Assembly: GCA_965218795.1 (NCBI GenBank)
Contig: OZ244653.1
Location: 224,001-288,000 of the forward strand
Direction: 5' to 3'
Source of the DNA: a bacterium
GTDB lineage: Bacteria > UBA8248 > JACPRG01 > G963555815
Length of the DNA stretch: 64,000 bases
In this document: in pieces, positions 8,025 to 18,315 of the stretch
How the letters are laid out: each line of letters begins with the position of its first letter
How positions within the stretch are numbered: position 1 is the first letter of the stretch
Translations under genes and position numbers: made by a program
The notes under the pieces: generated by a model
Databases searched by the model: none
Told to the model about the DNA's origin: nothing
What the model saw: only the letters and a program-made list of their open reading frames with translations

Positions 8025-10937
8025 TTATGTCGGCGTCGTCTGCCCCACAGGCGCCGTATCCTTTCCGCCATGGACCGACGGTTCTGCGCACCACTGACGA
8101 CGCAGCAGGGAAAGCGGCTCCAACACGTTTTCCGGAAGCCCCAGTAAGTCGATCAGGACGACGCGGTCGAGCGCCTGCCGCACATCATCCCGCCAAGCCT
8201 CGTTGGCCGGTAGCATCTCCTGATCCCGGAACTCCTCTAAGATCTCGTCGGCGTAGTCCACCTGTGTCTCGGTGAGACTTCTCGGGTCGAGCACGGTGAG
8301 ATCCGGCAATTTCGTGATCGTGAGTATGGCTCGACCCTGCTGTTGACGGGTGCCGAACCACCAGAAGGCGATGAGACCGAGGATCGTGTTGGCCCAGAGG
8401 ACGAGCGGCTTCTCCCAACGCTGGTCATGGCAAAGGAAGTTCGGCCATGCCCTTCCACCAATCGACAAATCGGGTGTAAGGCAGGCTGCGAGCGGTTGCG
8501 AGTTAAGCTGAAAATCGAGGGTGAAATGCAGCCGGGAAGCTGTATTTTGCCATACCTCAGCGGCGCGTTCATCGCATCCCGGCCGAACCGCCCCCGCGCT
8601 GTCCGGCATGACGATCATCCGCGTTTCGCGGGCGGCGTTATGCGCCCAAAGCGCTGGCCAGGTCGAAACCTCCTCCGGTTCCACGCTTACAATGTCAAAC
8701 GGACCTCTGGGAAGATTCGTGCGACTGACTTCCGTCCCGTTAATGTCCCGATGTAGAAGCCCCCGATCACCCAGAGCGTCAAGCTTAGCGACGGGAAGTG
8801 GGATCGAGTCATGTTGCCGCGGAAGCCGCAATTCGCCGCGCACCAGTCCTGTTGCAGTCTCCACCACGCCTGCCTCGCGGACGCCTGCGCAGCCGGTTTC
8901 GGACAACGTGCCCCGAATAGTGCAACCGGCCCTCTCTTCGCTCCCGATGGCTATCTGGCCAACAGACTGATTTCCCGGAGTCCGCTGAACAGCCCGGGCA
9001 ACGGTTGCCGCTTCCAGAATGGAGTACGGTCGGTGCTGGAGATTCACGAACAATGCACTCCCGCCCGTCTGTTCAGCGCCGCTCGTTCTGGTCGCGATGA
9101 CCAGCACTTCGGCCATGCCTGTGTCGGCAGAAAAAGCGCGGTCGGTCGTGCCGGCAGTGGCAATGGTGACGATGACGACATCCCTGTACTTCTCGTCAAG
9201 CAGGCGCCGGGCGGAAGTCCAGGCCTCGCCCTGTAGGAAGGATGCCGGCAGAACAAGAGCGAGGATGCCTCCAGGATTCTTGACCTTGGTATGTGCAAGA
9301 TCGATGAAATTGGAGGCGAGGCCGGCATTGCCGTGACCGACCATCGTCGACTTGCGGATATTTCTGAGGCGACGCGACATGTGCGCCTGCTCGTCGTCCT
9401 TCTTGTCGAAACCGGCGAAGGACGGAACGGGAACGTCGGCAACCTCATGATTTGTCGGCCGCGTGAAGGGTGGATTCATGATGACAAGGTCGAACCCTTC
9501 ATGTGGCAGGTCTACATGCCCATCGTCGCTGTCGCCGACGCCGCGCAACCGTTTCTGTCCGGTGCCGAACAACGAAAGCGTCTTTTCGTCCTCGATCAGG
9601 TCCAAGGCCCCGATCGCGATCGGCCTGCCGGAGCCTTCAGGCTGTGCGCCATAGGGCAGGGTGACGATCGACGTATTTCCGAAGGTCACGCTCGGATGCG
9701 TGCTCGACAGCACGGATGCGGTGAGATGGGTTGCCGCCGGCATGATATCGGCGCCGACAAGCGCGCTCTCCATCATTGCGGGATGGATATCCCTGTCGTC
9801 TCCTCCCTTTCGACGGTAGCGGGAGAGCACGGCCTCATAGGCCGCGTTGAGCAACGCCCCGGTGCCGCAGGCGAAATCGGCGATCCTCAGTGCGGCGACC
9901 GCTTCCCGGTTAGCCCAGTCGATATCGAGGCGTGCCACGGCGAGTTCCGCAAGCAGGGCGGCAGAGCTCGGCAGGGTGTAAAAGGTCGCGAGGAACTTCC
10001 GGTCCGTAATCAGGCGCTGGAACATGCGTCCGCAGAGATCGTGCTGACTGGTCGCCCCGAGCGAATCCAGATCGGTCGCGACAACGGAGAGCCGGTCCAG
10101 GATTTCCTGGGCCGTGCCGTTGCGGATTGGAAGGACGATGTCCGAGGCGATCTTGAAGATTGGCCAGTAGTTGATGTTCGTGAGAATGTGTCGCCAGACT
10201 TTCAGAACTCTCCCCTTGGACAGGCGCCCATTGGCGTCACGTAGCTGGTCGAGCGTGTCGATGCCGTGGGCCCCAGCGACGGCAGTGTGGAAGGTGAGCG
10301 CATTTGCGAGAATGGCCATCGCCATCCGTGAGGTTTGCTCTCCGTCCGTCTGATGCAACTCGCTTGCGATGGACTCCAGCGTATCCGGGGCATCGGCGCA
10401 GGCATCACGCAGCTTACCGGCGGCTTGGCCGATCCCGTCTTCGAGGATCTTCATACCGCTGGCGATGCGGTTTTCGGATAAGGCGGCAAGCTCGACGCAT
10501 GCTGCGAGATCGTCCACGCTGCCGTCGAGCCAGCCGGTCTCCGGCCAACGATCAGGGTCTTCCGAGTCTCCGGAGAAGATGCAGAGCTCCAGCCTGGTTC
10601 TCTCGATTTCCTCTTCGAGATCGTTTTGGCTTATGCTGGCCAGAGCGTTCGGAATGCGCACGGCGATGGCCTGTTCGATCCTATCTCCCGTTTGCCGCAA
10701 GGTCTTTCCGAGACGTTCGCGGGCGTCCTGCTCGACGTTGTGAGCCGGGGTGTATTCGGTCTCGACGGCGACTGGGAGGCCTCCCGGATGACGGACGATA
10801 ATGTCAGGCTGCAGCCCAGGCGCGCCGCTGAAGACGTTCGTCTGTTCCACCCCGATCCGGTCCGGCCACTGCGGATGTTTCCTCCGCAACACGTTTGCCA
10901 GTTCGGTATTGAATGCGGTCTCTGTAGTCTTTGGCAT
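8025..10937 (-). CDS. fused restriction endonuclease / N6-adenine DNA methyltransferase (type IIG-like)
   Basis: N-terminal QPDII...VAVETE nuclease-like motif; FYT; motif I DFACGTGALL; motif IV NPPF; FSADT; C-terminal TRD-like region; 970 aa. Confidence 0.8.
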   Translation of the reverse strand: MPKTTETAFNTELANVLRRKHPQWPDRIGVEQTNVFSGAPGLQPDIIVRHPGGLPVAVETEYTPAHNVEQDARERLGKTLRQTGDRIEQAIAVRIPNALASISQNDLEEEIERTRLELCIFSGDSEDPDRWPETGWLDGSVDDLAACVELAALSENRIASGMKILEDGIGQAAGKLRDACADAPDTLESIASELHQTDGEQTSRMAMAILANALTFHTAVAGAHGIDTLDQLRDANGRLSKGRVLKVWRHILTNINYWPIFKIASDIVLPIRNGTAQEILDRLSVVATDLDSLGATSQHDLCGRMFQRLITDRKFLATFYTLPSSAALLAELAVARLDIDWANREAVAALRIADFACGTGALLNAAYEAVLSRYRRKGGDDRDIHPAMMESALVGADIMPAATHLTASVLSSTHPSVTFGNTSIVTLPYGAQPEGSGRPIAIGALDLIEDEKTLSLFGTGQKRLRGVGDSDDGHVDLPHEGFDLVIMNPPFTRPTNHEVADVPVPSFAGFDKKDDEQAHMSRRLRNIRKSTMVGHGNAGLASNFIDLAHTKVKNPGGILALVLPASFLQGEAWTSARRLLDEKYRDVVIVTIATAGTTDRAFSADTGMAEVLVIATRTSGAEQTGGSALFVNLQHRPYSILEAATVARAVQRTPGNQSVGQIAIGSEERAGCTIRGTLSETGCAGVREAGVVETATGLVRGELRLPRQHDSIPLPVAKLDALGDRGLLHRDINGTEVSRTNLPRGPFDIVSVEPEEVSTWPALWAHNAARETRMIVMPDSAGAVRPGCDERAAEVWQNTASRLHFTLDFQLNSQPLAACLTPDLSIGGRAWPNFLCHDQRWEKPLVLWANTILGLIAFWWFGTRQQQGRAILTITKLPDLTVLDPRSLTETQVDYADEILEEFRDQEMLPANEAWRDDVRQALDRVVLIDLLGLPENVLEPLSLLRRQWCAEPSVHGGKDTAPVGQTTPT

Positions 10938-11235
10938 ACTTGTCGATTTCCGGTCGTCCCGCGGTGATAGCGTGAGGTGACCTCGCCTTATTGGTCTGTC
11001 CGGCAGCTCCGCTTAAGGCGTATTCCAGTCATCGTTTACGCCGCCAGAATCTCTTTGAATCGTACTTCTGTCTCCGTTGTTGTGCCCATGAAGATGCGGG
11101 CAAGGAACATGACACCTTTTCCAGCTTATCCACAGGAGCGTTACCGCGCCACCCTCGGGCGCTTTTCAACATCGAATTGAGCGAACATCTCCTCTTTCGC
11201 CTTGTCACGATCACCGGCGCACTGTCGAGCGCTTG

Positions 11236-12246
11236 TCATTCCTCGAAATACCGCTCAGGAAACATTGCTCTCCCGCCATGCCGAAAATCGTCCATCACCT
11301 TCGCATACGGAATGCGATAAGAAGACGCACATTCCCGCGAGAGCGATATCAGTCTGATGCAATGGGAGGCTCTGTGAATCATCAGCTGCGGTATCGCCAT
11401 CCATCCTGCTCGACCAAAATTACCTGACAAGGACCGCCTGATTGTATTCGTAACTATATCTACTGCCTCGAGACCGAATGCCGGGTCCGAGGAAAAACGA
11501 AAATCCTCTGTCATTACCATCCCCAGATCGAAAAACTCGCCCTTCTGAGAATCGTTGACAAACCTTAGTTTGTAATCGCTAGGACGTTTTCTGAACCGTT
11601 CTTGCCAGCGGTAGTCGCCTCCTTCCGCAGCAACAAGCGGCTCCCGAAATGTGTGCGATTCCAGCATCGGCAGAACTACGGTAGACCACCATTTCTCCCA
11701 TGGGGTTATTCCTAGCCGGTCTTTGCCATCGATCCTCCAGTGATACTCTCCCAACTCGGGTGGTATGCGAAAGGCATAATAGGTATCGGCGTGATTGAGC
11801 GTCTGATACACCAATTCTCCCATCGCCACGGATTGCACATAGAGTTGAAGCGGCATGTCTTCCAATTGCCGACGCAGCTCCCATACTTGTTCCACCAGAT
11901 TGGGATGATGATCCGAAGTCAGATGGGCCGTTATCGCCTCTGCCTGCCCTGCCTTGTGACGGACCAGGTTCTCCTTGGAGTGCATTCCCATGTCGACCGC
12001 CACGACCTCGAACAACGCGCCGATCCTTCGCAACATCCGTGCAACCTCGACGACCTCTCCCTCCGATAGATCCCTTCCCTTGACTTCACCCTTCGTCTTG
12101 GGCAAACGCCTCCTCAGACGCGCGTAGAGTTTTTCGAAGCCCTTCATGGCACTGCTGGGGATTACGAGCGCTCCAACCGCAGAAATACTATGGCGCTCAC
12201 CTACATCCGGCGCGAAGGTCCCCGATTCATCGATGAAAATGTGCAA
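11236..12246 (-). CDS. DUF3800-family (RNase H-like) protein
   Basis: N-terminal HIFIDESG, C-terminal LEAVDIV; TTG start after GGGAGG. Confidence 0.7.
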   Translation of the reverse strand: MHIFIDESGTFAPDVGERHSISAVGALVIPSSAMKGFEKLYARLRRRLPKTKGEVKGRDLSEGEVVEVARMLRRIGALFEVVAVDMGMHSKENLVRHKAGQAEAITAHLTSDHHPNLVEQVWELRRQLEDMPLQLYVQSVAMGELVYQTLNHADTYYAFRIPPELGEYHWRIDGKDRLGITPWEKWWSTVVLPMLESHTFREPLVAAEGGDYRWQERFRKRPSDYKLRFVNDSQKGEFFDLGMVMTEDFRFSSDPAFGLEAVDIVTNTIRRSLSGNFGRAGWMAIPQLMIHRASHCIRLISLSRECASSYRIPYAKVMDDFRHGGRAMFPERYFEE

Positions 12247-12562
12247 TCCAACCTCCCGGATGATATTTCGCACTCTCAACGTCGAGCAGCAAGGCCCTCT
12301 CGCCCGGGTCAATGCCGGAATGCGCTGCGATTCTCCAGATCATCGTACCGCAAGCGTCCCAGGCTCGCGTCCTCACATGCAACCTGCCAGCGCCCCCGAC
12401 GAGGGCCCGATCGGGTCGCGCGTCGCGCTTTCTCCCGGTCCTTCACTGGTCTTGTGGTCTGCGCAGCGTGCCACACGGGCTATCCTTGATGCGATCCGGT
12501 TGGCCAGAGACTCCTTCGGAAGTTCCTAATCGTCGTACGCAACACCGGTGTTCACCGGGCGC

Positions 12563-12830
12563 TTATCGTCGGCCGACCTGCGTCTCGCAACGGCGCTGTC
12601 CGGTCTCGTTGTTGACGACGAGCGGGGCGTCGACGAAGAAGAGTATCTCCGGTGGGGCGTGACGGTCCAGCCAGCCTACAGTCTCGTCAACTCCCACGGT
12701 CCAGTCGGCGACCGCGACGTTGCCAGCTGAGTCGAGCATGACGATGTCGGACTCGTTCGTCTTCTTTCTGGCCTTTTCCGCCCAGGCGAGGTCGATGCCG
12801 ATGTGGAACCGTGTGACCGACGGTTGTGTG
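12563..12830 (-). pseudogene. DUF429-family (RNase H-like nuclease) fragment
   Basis: HIGIDLAW...FVDAPLVVNNETGQRRCE, then premature stop. Confidence 0.65.
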
Positions 12831-12957
12831 CAAACCGAGGACCAGGACTGCGGCAACGATCGATTCGTGCGGTGTACCTCCACAACCTCGGCAGTGGGCT
12901 CCGTGGGGACGGTGGAGGATGATCGACGTGAGGCTGGTCTCTTCCCCGGCTGAGCCA

Positions 12958-14283
12958 TCACGACATGATTAGCCTCTCCCAGTCCGGAAAGGCACCCTGG
13001 TCCAACAACTTCCAGAGGGTCTCCCGGCCAAGGTCAGTTCCGTCCGCAGCGGTGGCCGCCATCTGCGTGTATCCCTCCTTCGTCTGCTCGATGTTCCCGT
13101 GAACGATCGAATTCCGTGTCTTGTAGAGCGCGGCTGCACGTTCCGCCACTCGGAGCCGCTCTTCCGTCTCGTCGGCGAGGAAATGTCCGGCTCTCGTTGT
13201 CAACGTGAAACGCCCACCACGCGCAAGTTGGTACATCACCTCGAGCGCGATCGCCACATCGAGGATCCGATCCGGCACTCCGAATCGCCCCCCGGCCCGT
13301 TGTATGGAACCCGCCAACCGGCTCACCCCCAGTTCAAGCGTCGACCGCTTCCCGGCGTCGAATCGGGTCCACGCGCACACCCGACTCCGAAGCTCTCCCG
13401 CTTCCTCAGGCGCCAGAGCCTTTTTCGTCCAGTGGTCGGTGTCCAGGAAGCCGGTAGATGATCCCGGACCAAAATTGGTATTCACGTCCACGAACTCCGG
13501 TGCGCAGCTCAGCACCGACAGCACCTGGATTCGATGAGACGTGACGATGGTGATGAGATCGAAAAGGACACCGATCTGGTGCCCGTCGAACCATCTGAAC
13601 GTGGGCACCGCATCGTTGCCCATGTCTCTCGACGTTCTCGGCGGAACGAGGCACGGACCCCACGTCATCTCGCGCGCGAGGACCAGTGCGCCCATCCCCG
13701 CGTAGTCAGGCATGTCGTTCGCTGGACCCGGTGGCTCGTTCCTGACCAATCCGCGTTCGGCGGCTCGCTCGTAGGAAACGATCTCAAGGCCCGGGGCGAT
13801 CTCGATCTCGCCCTCCATCGTGAGCCCTCGGAAGACGGTGATCTCGTAACCTGGCACACTGCCCTCGGCACTGAGGGTGAGGAATCGATCTAGATGGGTA
13901 ACGGCGCCCCGGCAGCCACGCATGATCGCGCTCCGGGTCAGGTGGCGCGCCAGATCGCGCAGCTCGAGCCGGAAACCCTTGGACGGCATGTCCACGAAAG
14001 TCGCGAGGTCGTTGCCCGTCCCAGTTGCGTTCGGCTCAATCGCCGGGTGCCGGGACAGTAGCTCGACAACCTCGGTCGCATCGCCGTTCAGTTTGATCAC
14101 GTACAGATCGAAAGCCTCCAGCGCATCGGAGTCGTTCTTCGCTGCCGCCCCGAGGGCCCGATACTCTGCGTTCGAGAGCGGCGGCGAACGAAAGCGTTGG
14201 CCAGTAGCCGATTCGATCAGCCGGACAAGAGCGCGTTCGAGAGCTCCAATCCACTCCTCTCTCTCGGGATGGGCCATCGTCAT
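12958..14283 (-). CDS. HEPN-domain protein (ApeA-like), putative anti-phage RNase
   Basis: C-terminal DRILDVAIALEVMY...LYKTRNSIVHG (RxxxxH); large uncharacterised N-terminal region. Confidence 0.7.
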   Translation of the reverse strand: MTMAHPEREEWIGALERALVRLIESATGQRFRSPPLSNAEYRALGAAAKNDSDALEAFDLYVIKLNGDATEVVELLSRHPAIEPNATGTGNDLATFVDMPSKGFRLELRDLARHLTRSAIMRGCRGAVTHLDRFLTLSAEGSVPGYEITVFRGLTMEGEIEIAPGLEIVSYERAAERGLVRNEPPGPANDMPDYAGMGALVLAREMTWGPCLVPPRTSRDMGNDAVPTFRWFDGHQIGVLFDLITIVTSHRIQVLSVLSCAPEFVDVNTNFGPGSSTGFLDTDHWTKKALAPEEAGELRSRVCAWTRFDAGKRSTLELGVSRLAGSIQRAGGRFGVPDRILDVAIALEVMYQLARGGRFTLTTRAGHFLADETEERLRVAERAAALYKTRNSIVHGNIEQTKEGYTQMAATAADGTDLGRETLWKLLDQGAFPDWERLIMS

Positions 14284-14364
14284 CGCGGAGAAGCTCCTTG
14301 CATCTCTCCACCCTCCGGAAAATCGGTCATTTGAATACGTGCCTATCACCTTGACACATCAAGG

Positions 14365-14515
14365 CTTTCGGTGACGGTGTTCTGTACCGGCTTTCCGGGC
14401 ACGAACAGTGGAGCTCGACACCCGTCCTCTGCGCCCATTCGAACATTGTCTTCGACGTCAGCTCGGGGCCGTTGTCCATGAACAAGCTCTCGGGCAGTCC
14501 CAGCCGGTCGCCTAC
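14365..14515 (-). pseudogene. IS3-family integrase-core fragment
   Basis: GLPESLFMDNGPELTSKTMFEWAQRTGVEL / PGKPVQN..TES across a frameshift. Confidence 0.65.
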
Positions 14516-15033
14516 GTGAGCTCCCAGTCCGTTCCAAAGGTGCAGGCGATCATGCATTCGATATAGTCTGAGCGACTTGCGTTGTCCACGACCGGCGTTT
14601 CGTATCGGCGCATAAGCATCTGCACGATGCACCATGCAAGCCTGAAACATCCCGGATGCGGAAGAAGATGCGGGACAGGTTGTGGCCACGAACCAGACCG
14701 CGGATCGTTTCGCCAGCAGTATGCTCCTGAACGACCTGCCGCTTGAAAGCGATGCATGAGTCCGGTGCTTTGCCCAGGGTCTCGATCCTTCAAGCGCTCG
14801 ATGCACCGGTCAAGTCATCTCAAACCATCTGTCCCGCCCAAGGGGCCCACTCTAAAGACGGAGCAACATTCCACGCCGAACCACCCTCCGGCGGTCTCGA
14901 ATCGGCGGCACGCCGCGCCAGGGATGCGCCGGATCATGGCCGAAAGATCGGTGTTGAAATAGTGTTGAACTTTGCAGGAAGCCGTCAGTCAGGAAGCATG
15001 GGGAAACAGATATCTACATATAATATCAATATG

Positions 15034-15828
15034 TTATGAAACCGCCGCATCGCGTGGAAAAAAGCGATCCATAAATTCCCAGCGCAGCGTCAGGATCTCG
15101 CTCTTCCGGCATCCGGTCAGCAGCAGCAGCCGGAGCGCCGCAATCGCCGGCGGCCACACCGAGTCGTCCGCCTCCTGCAACACCCGGCCCAGACGCCGGA
15201 ACTCCTCCGGCGTCAGAAACCGCTCGCGCGACCGCGTCTTGTAGCGGCGCACCGACCGGCACGGGTTCCGTCCGGGCGGTATCCGGTCCCACGCCTCGGC
15301 CAGCGAGAACATTTTCGACAGAATCTTGACCGTCCGGTTGGCCATTGCAGGCGTGTCGTGGAGCCGGTGATGCAGGGCGGAAATCTCCCCTCGTCCGACC
15401 TCGCTGATTGACATCGCGCCCAGGACCGGAAGAATGTGCTTGTCGAGCACGCTCCGGTACGTTGCAATGGTGCTCGGCTTGCAATGCACCTTGACATGGG
15501 TGCGCAGGAACCGTTCGGACAGTTCGGACAACGTGAGCTCCGGCTCGGGCGGCGCGGGCACGGGGTTCTCGCCCCGCTTGATGCGGTCGATGACGACGGC
15601 CGCCCGTTTCCTCGCCTCCTCGGTCGACATGTCCCCATGCCGTCCGAGGGTCACTCGCTTCGGTCCGGTCGGCCCCCGGGACTGGACCACGTAGACCTTG
15701 CGGCCCGTGGCATGGACACGCACCCCGAAGCCGGCCAGGTCCCGATCCCAGAAGACGCCATCCTCGGCTTCGACGGTGAGCGCGTCCACGGTGCGCTTGG
15801 TGATCCTGAGCTCGCTTCGTCTGGGCAT
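15034..15828 (-). pseudogene. second arm-type tyrosine integrase, truncated after the first catalytic Arg
   Basis: MPRRSELRITKRTVD...WDRDLAGFGVRV...LLTGCRKSEILTLRWE, then unrelated sequence; AAGGAG RBS. Confidence 0.85.
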
Positions 15829-16037
15829 GGCCGCTCCTTGCCTTTGTTCTATGGTGATTCGGTATGCAATTCCGTAATCAAATAGAACACAAGCCGCATC
15901 AAATCGGTGCGTATTTGAGCACAAGCGTGGCGGGAATGCAAGGGGCTGGAGGTGGGTGAATAACGAAAAAATCAAATAAAATCAGATAATTATCCTAACA
16001 TGACGCAATCGGGCGCATCATTGACGGAGTGAGAGAT

Positions 16038-16526
16038 TTATAACAATATCTTTTGTTCGGGAAGATGCCTAGTCGTACAATTCACCCGATGGAACCACTT
16101 ATCATCCAGATGATGCCGCTCCATCAAGTGACGAAACTTGCACACCGTGGTCTCATCCGGCACCGGTTCCCGCCCCAGGTCAATCCCTGCAAACCGGCGC
16201 AGGGCGCGAGAATCGTACAGGGCTTCCTCTACCCCAGGATCGGATAGATTGAACCAGTGCTGGAGGAAGTGGATACGCAGCATCCGTTCTATCCCTGTCG
16301 GCCGACGACCCGCACCCTCCGGTTTGGGATAGAATGGCTCTATCGCTTCGGTCAGCTCTTTCCACGGTATAATCCTTTCCATCTCCTCCAAAAACTGTTC
16401 CTTCCGCGTCTTCTTTCGGTACTTCCCGAACCCCGTCTCTGAAAACGTTGGCTGTCGCATACAAATGTCCTCTCAGGGTAGAATCATAACAATTGTACAA
16501 TATCCTCCCTATGAATCAGAGTTTCC
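16038..16526 (-). mobile_element. IS5-family element remnant (left end + 5' part of transposase, ORF 16038-16460)
   Basis: MRQPTFSE...RKEQFLEEME...MLRIHFLQHWFNLSD...VPDETTVCKFRH; terminal GGAAACTCTGATTCA (16526-16512) flanked by TTAG/CTAA-type target. Confidence 0.85.
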
Positions 16527-16640
16527 TTAGAATAGAGTTCTGGACGGACATGGAGCGCAGGGCCGTCTGCCCAAGCGAAGAATCCTCTTGGACCAGGGTC
16601 ATGGGACAGAAACCTCAAACCGGAATAGAAAGATCCTCAA

Positions 16641-17405
16641 GTGAATAACGATACGATCATCTCCGAGGACGACGCTACCGCACGGGTCTATTGCGACGCC
16701 TGGGCGTTTCTGCGCGAGGCGGAGGCGTGCGCGGAGGAAGGAAGGGACCCGGCGGCGCATTCGCTGGCAAGGGCGGCCGTTCTCCATGCCGCAGTCGCGG
16801 CGAGAAGGTTCCTCGAAAAAGTGGTCGCCCAGGTGAGTATGGATCCGAATGCGAGGAATGCCGCTGTCGCCCGCGTCGCGAAGGACGTCCTCGGAAACAA
16901 GCGGCTGGCCGACGAATGGCGGGCGCTCTCGCGCGCGAGGGAGGCGATTCTGGAATTGAATGCGTCCGCGGACGCGCAAGACCGCCTCCGGGCGTCCCAA
17001 GGTTTCCTGGATGAGATCGGCAAGCGGATGCTTGATCTCGCCCTCGAGCACTGCCGGGAAAATCTGCACGACAAAAGGCTCGCCAAGGAGTCGGACGCGC
17101 TTTCGGATCTGCAGTCCAGGCTCGGGCGGAAAACTCTCGACAGCGGCTCTCTGGCCAAAAAATGGTTCGAGAGGGCGACCGGCCTGCCCGACCCGGGCGC
17201 GGGGGGCGAGCCGTCAGTCCGTGATTTCCAGCAGATCGTTTTGAAGGCGCGGGGAGAGTCCGCCGCCGGGGGGCCGCAGGATATTACGGTCGAAGAGGCG
17301 CGGCTGGCTTGCGGAGCCGTCCGGTCGATGATTGCGAGCGTGTGCGGCGCGGCGAATCGGAAAGTCCCCCAGTGGGTCAGGGAAATCCACGGAAGAGTCT
17401 TATGA
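16641..17405 (+). CDS. helical hypothetical protein (possible degenerate HEPN-like fold)
   Basis: 254-aa ORF with protein-like composition; no RxxxxH motif. Confidence 0.5.
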   Translation: MNNDTIISEDDATARVYCDAWAFLREAEACAEEGRDPAAHSLARAAVLHAAVAARRFLEKVVAQVSMDPNARNAAVARVAKDVLGNKRLADEWRALSRAREAILELNASADAQDRLRASQGFLDEIGKRMLDLALEHCRENLHDKRLAKESDALSDLQSRLGRKTLDSGSLAKKWFERATGLPDPGAGGEPSVRDFQQIVLKARGESAAGGPQDITVEEARLACGAVRSMIASVCGAANRKVPQWVREIHGRVL

Positions 17406-17577
17406 GGCAATGCTCCACTCCTTCTGTAGTGCATTTTCACTGTAGTGCATTTTTACAATGACCCGTGAAGTTTTGACGGATCGACTAAAGGCGCATCCGG
17501 GCAAGGTCTGACGTTCCGCGCGGGGGGCCGGACGTTCGGCTAACCCGGCCGCTCCGCGATCAGGCTCGGCTCGGCCG

Positions 17578-17632
17578 GGTAGGGCGGCCATCCCGGCCGC
17601 CATCGGAAGGCGGGCTGGAAGCCCGCCCTACC
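17578..17632. repeat. GTAG-type REP doublet (REPIN), copy 1
   Basis: GGTAGGGCGGCCATCCCGGCCGCC...GGCGGGCTGGAAGCCCGCCCTACC; homologous inverted copy at 19896-19951. Confidence 0.7.
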
Positions 17633-17819
17633 GGGGGTCTGGGGGGAGGCCCGTTGCTCCAAAAGGTTTCCCCGGGTTCCCAGGCATTTCATGGCCGACT
17701 TTTTGAAATGCAGGTGAGATCGCCGCCAACTCCCTTGAAAAACCGGCGGGTGCCCCTCAAGATTGGCGGGTTTGCGACCTGAAATTCTGTTTCGTCTTTC
17801 GACGGGAGGGGGGCCTTTT

Positions 17820-18200
17820 ATGGGGAATTTGGTCTGGGTCGGGCTGGGCGGATTTATTGGATCGATTTTGCGCTACATGTTGGGCGGCTTCGTGAATCGG
17901 CTGGAGGTCGGCGCGCTGTTCCCGTTCGGCACGCTTGTGGTCAATGTCGTCGGATGTCTGGCGATTGGGTTTCTCATGGGTATGGCCGACTCCAAGGGGA
18001 TTTTATCCCTGCAGGGCCGGCTGCTCCTCTTCACTGGCGTGCTGGGAGGGTTTACGACGTTCTCGACCTTCGCTTATGAGACCGTCCAACTATTCCGCGT
18101 TTCACAAGGCGCGATGGCCGCAATCAATATCTTCCTGCAAGGCGCTCTCGGACTCGGAGGCGTATGGGCGGGGGAAACGGTTTCCCGCTGGGGTTCATGA
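17820..18200 (+). CDS. crcB: fluoride efflux channel Fluc/CrcB
   Basis: GGFIGSILRY, FPFGTLVVNVVG, GVLGGFTTFSTF. Confidence 0.93.
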   Translation: MGNLVWVGLGGFIGSILRYMLGGFVNRLEVGALFPFGTLVVNVVGCLAIGFLMGMADSKGILSLQGRLLLFTGVLGGFTTFSTFAYETVQLFRVSQGAMAAINIFLQGALGLGGVWAGETVSRWGS

Positions 18201-18315
18201 AACGGTCCGATTCCATGCATCAGCGAAATACTCGGAATAGAAAGGTGCGCTTTGGGCCCATGGCGATTTTGGATGCGGGGCGCGAAGGGTGGGAGGCGGC
18301 CCGAGACCGGTTGGC

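Noticed and set aside
17640-17819. Fluoride riboswitch upstream of crcB
   Set aside because: I could not find the GGCGATGG...GCTRATGAC consensus by eye; a cmscan would settle it.
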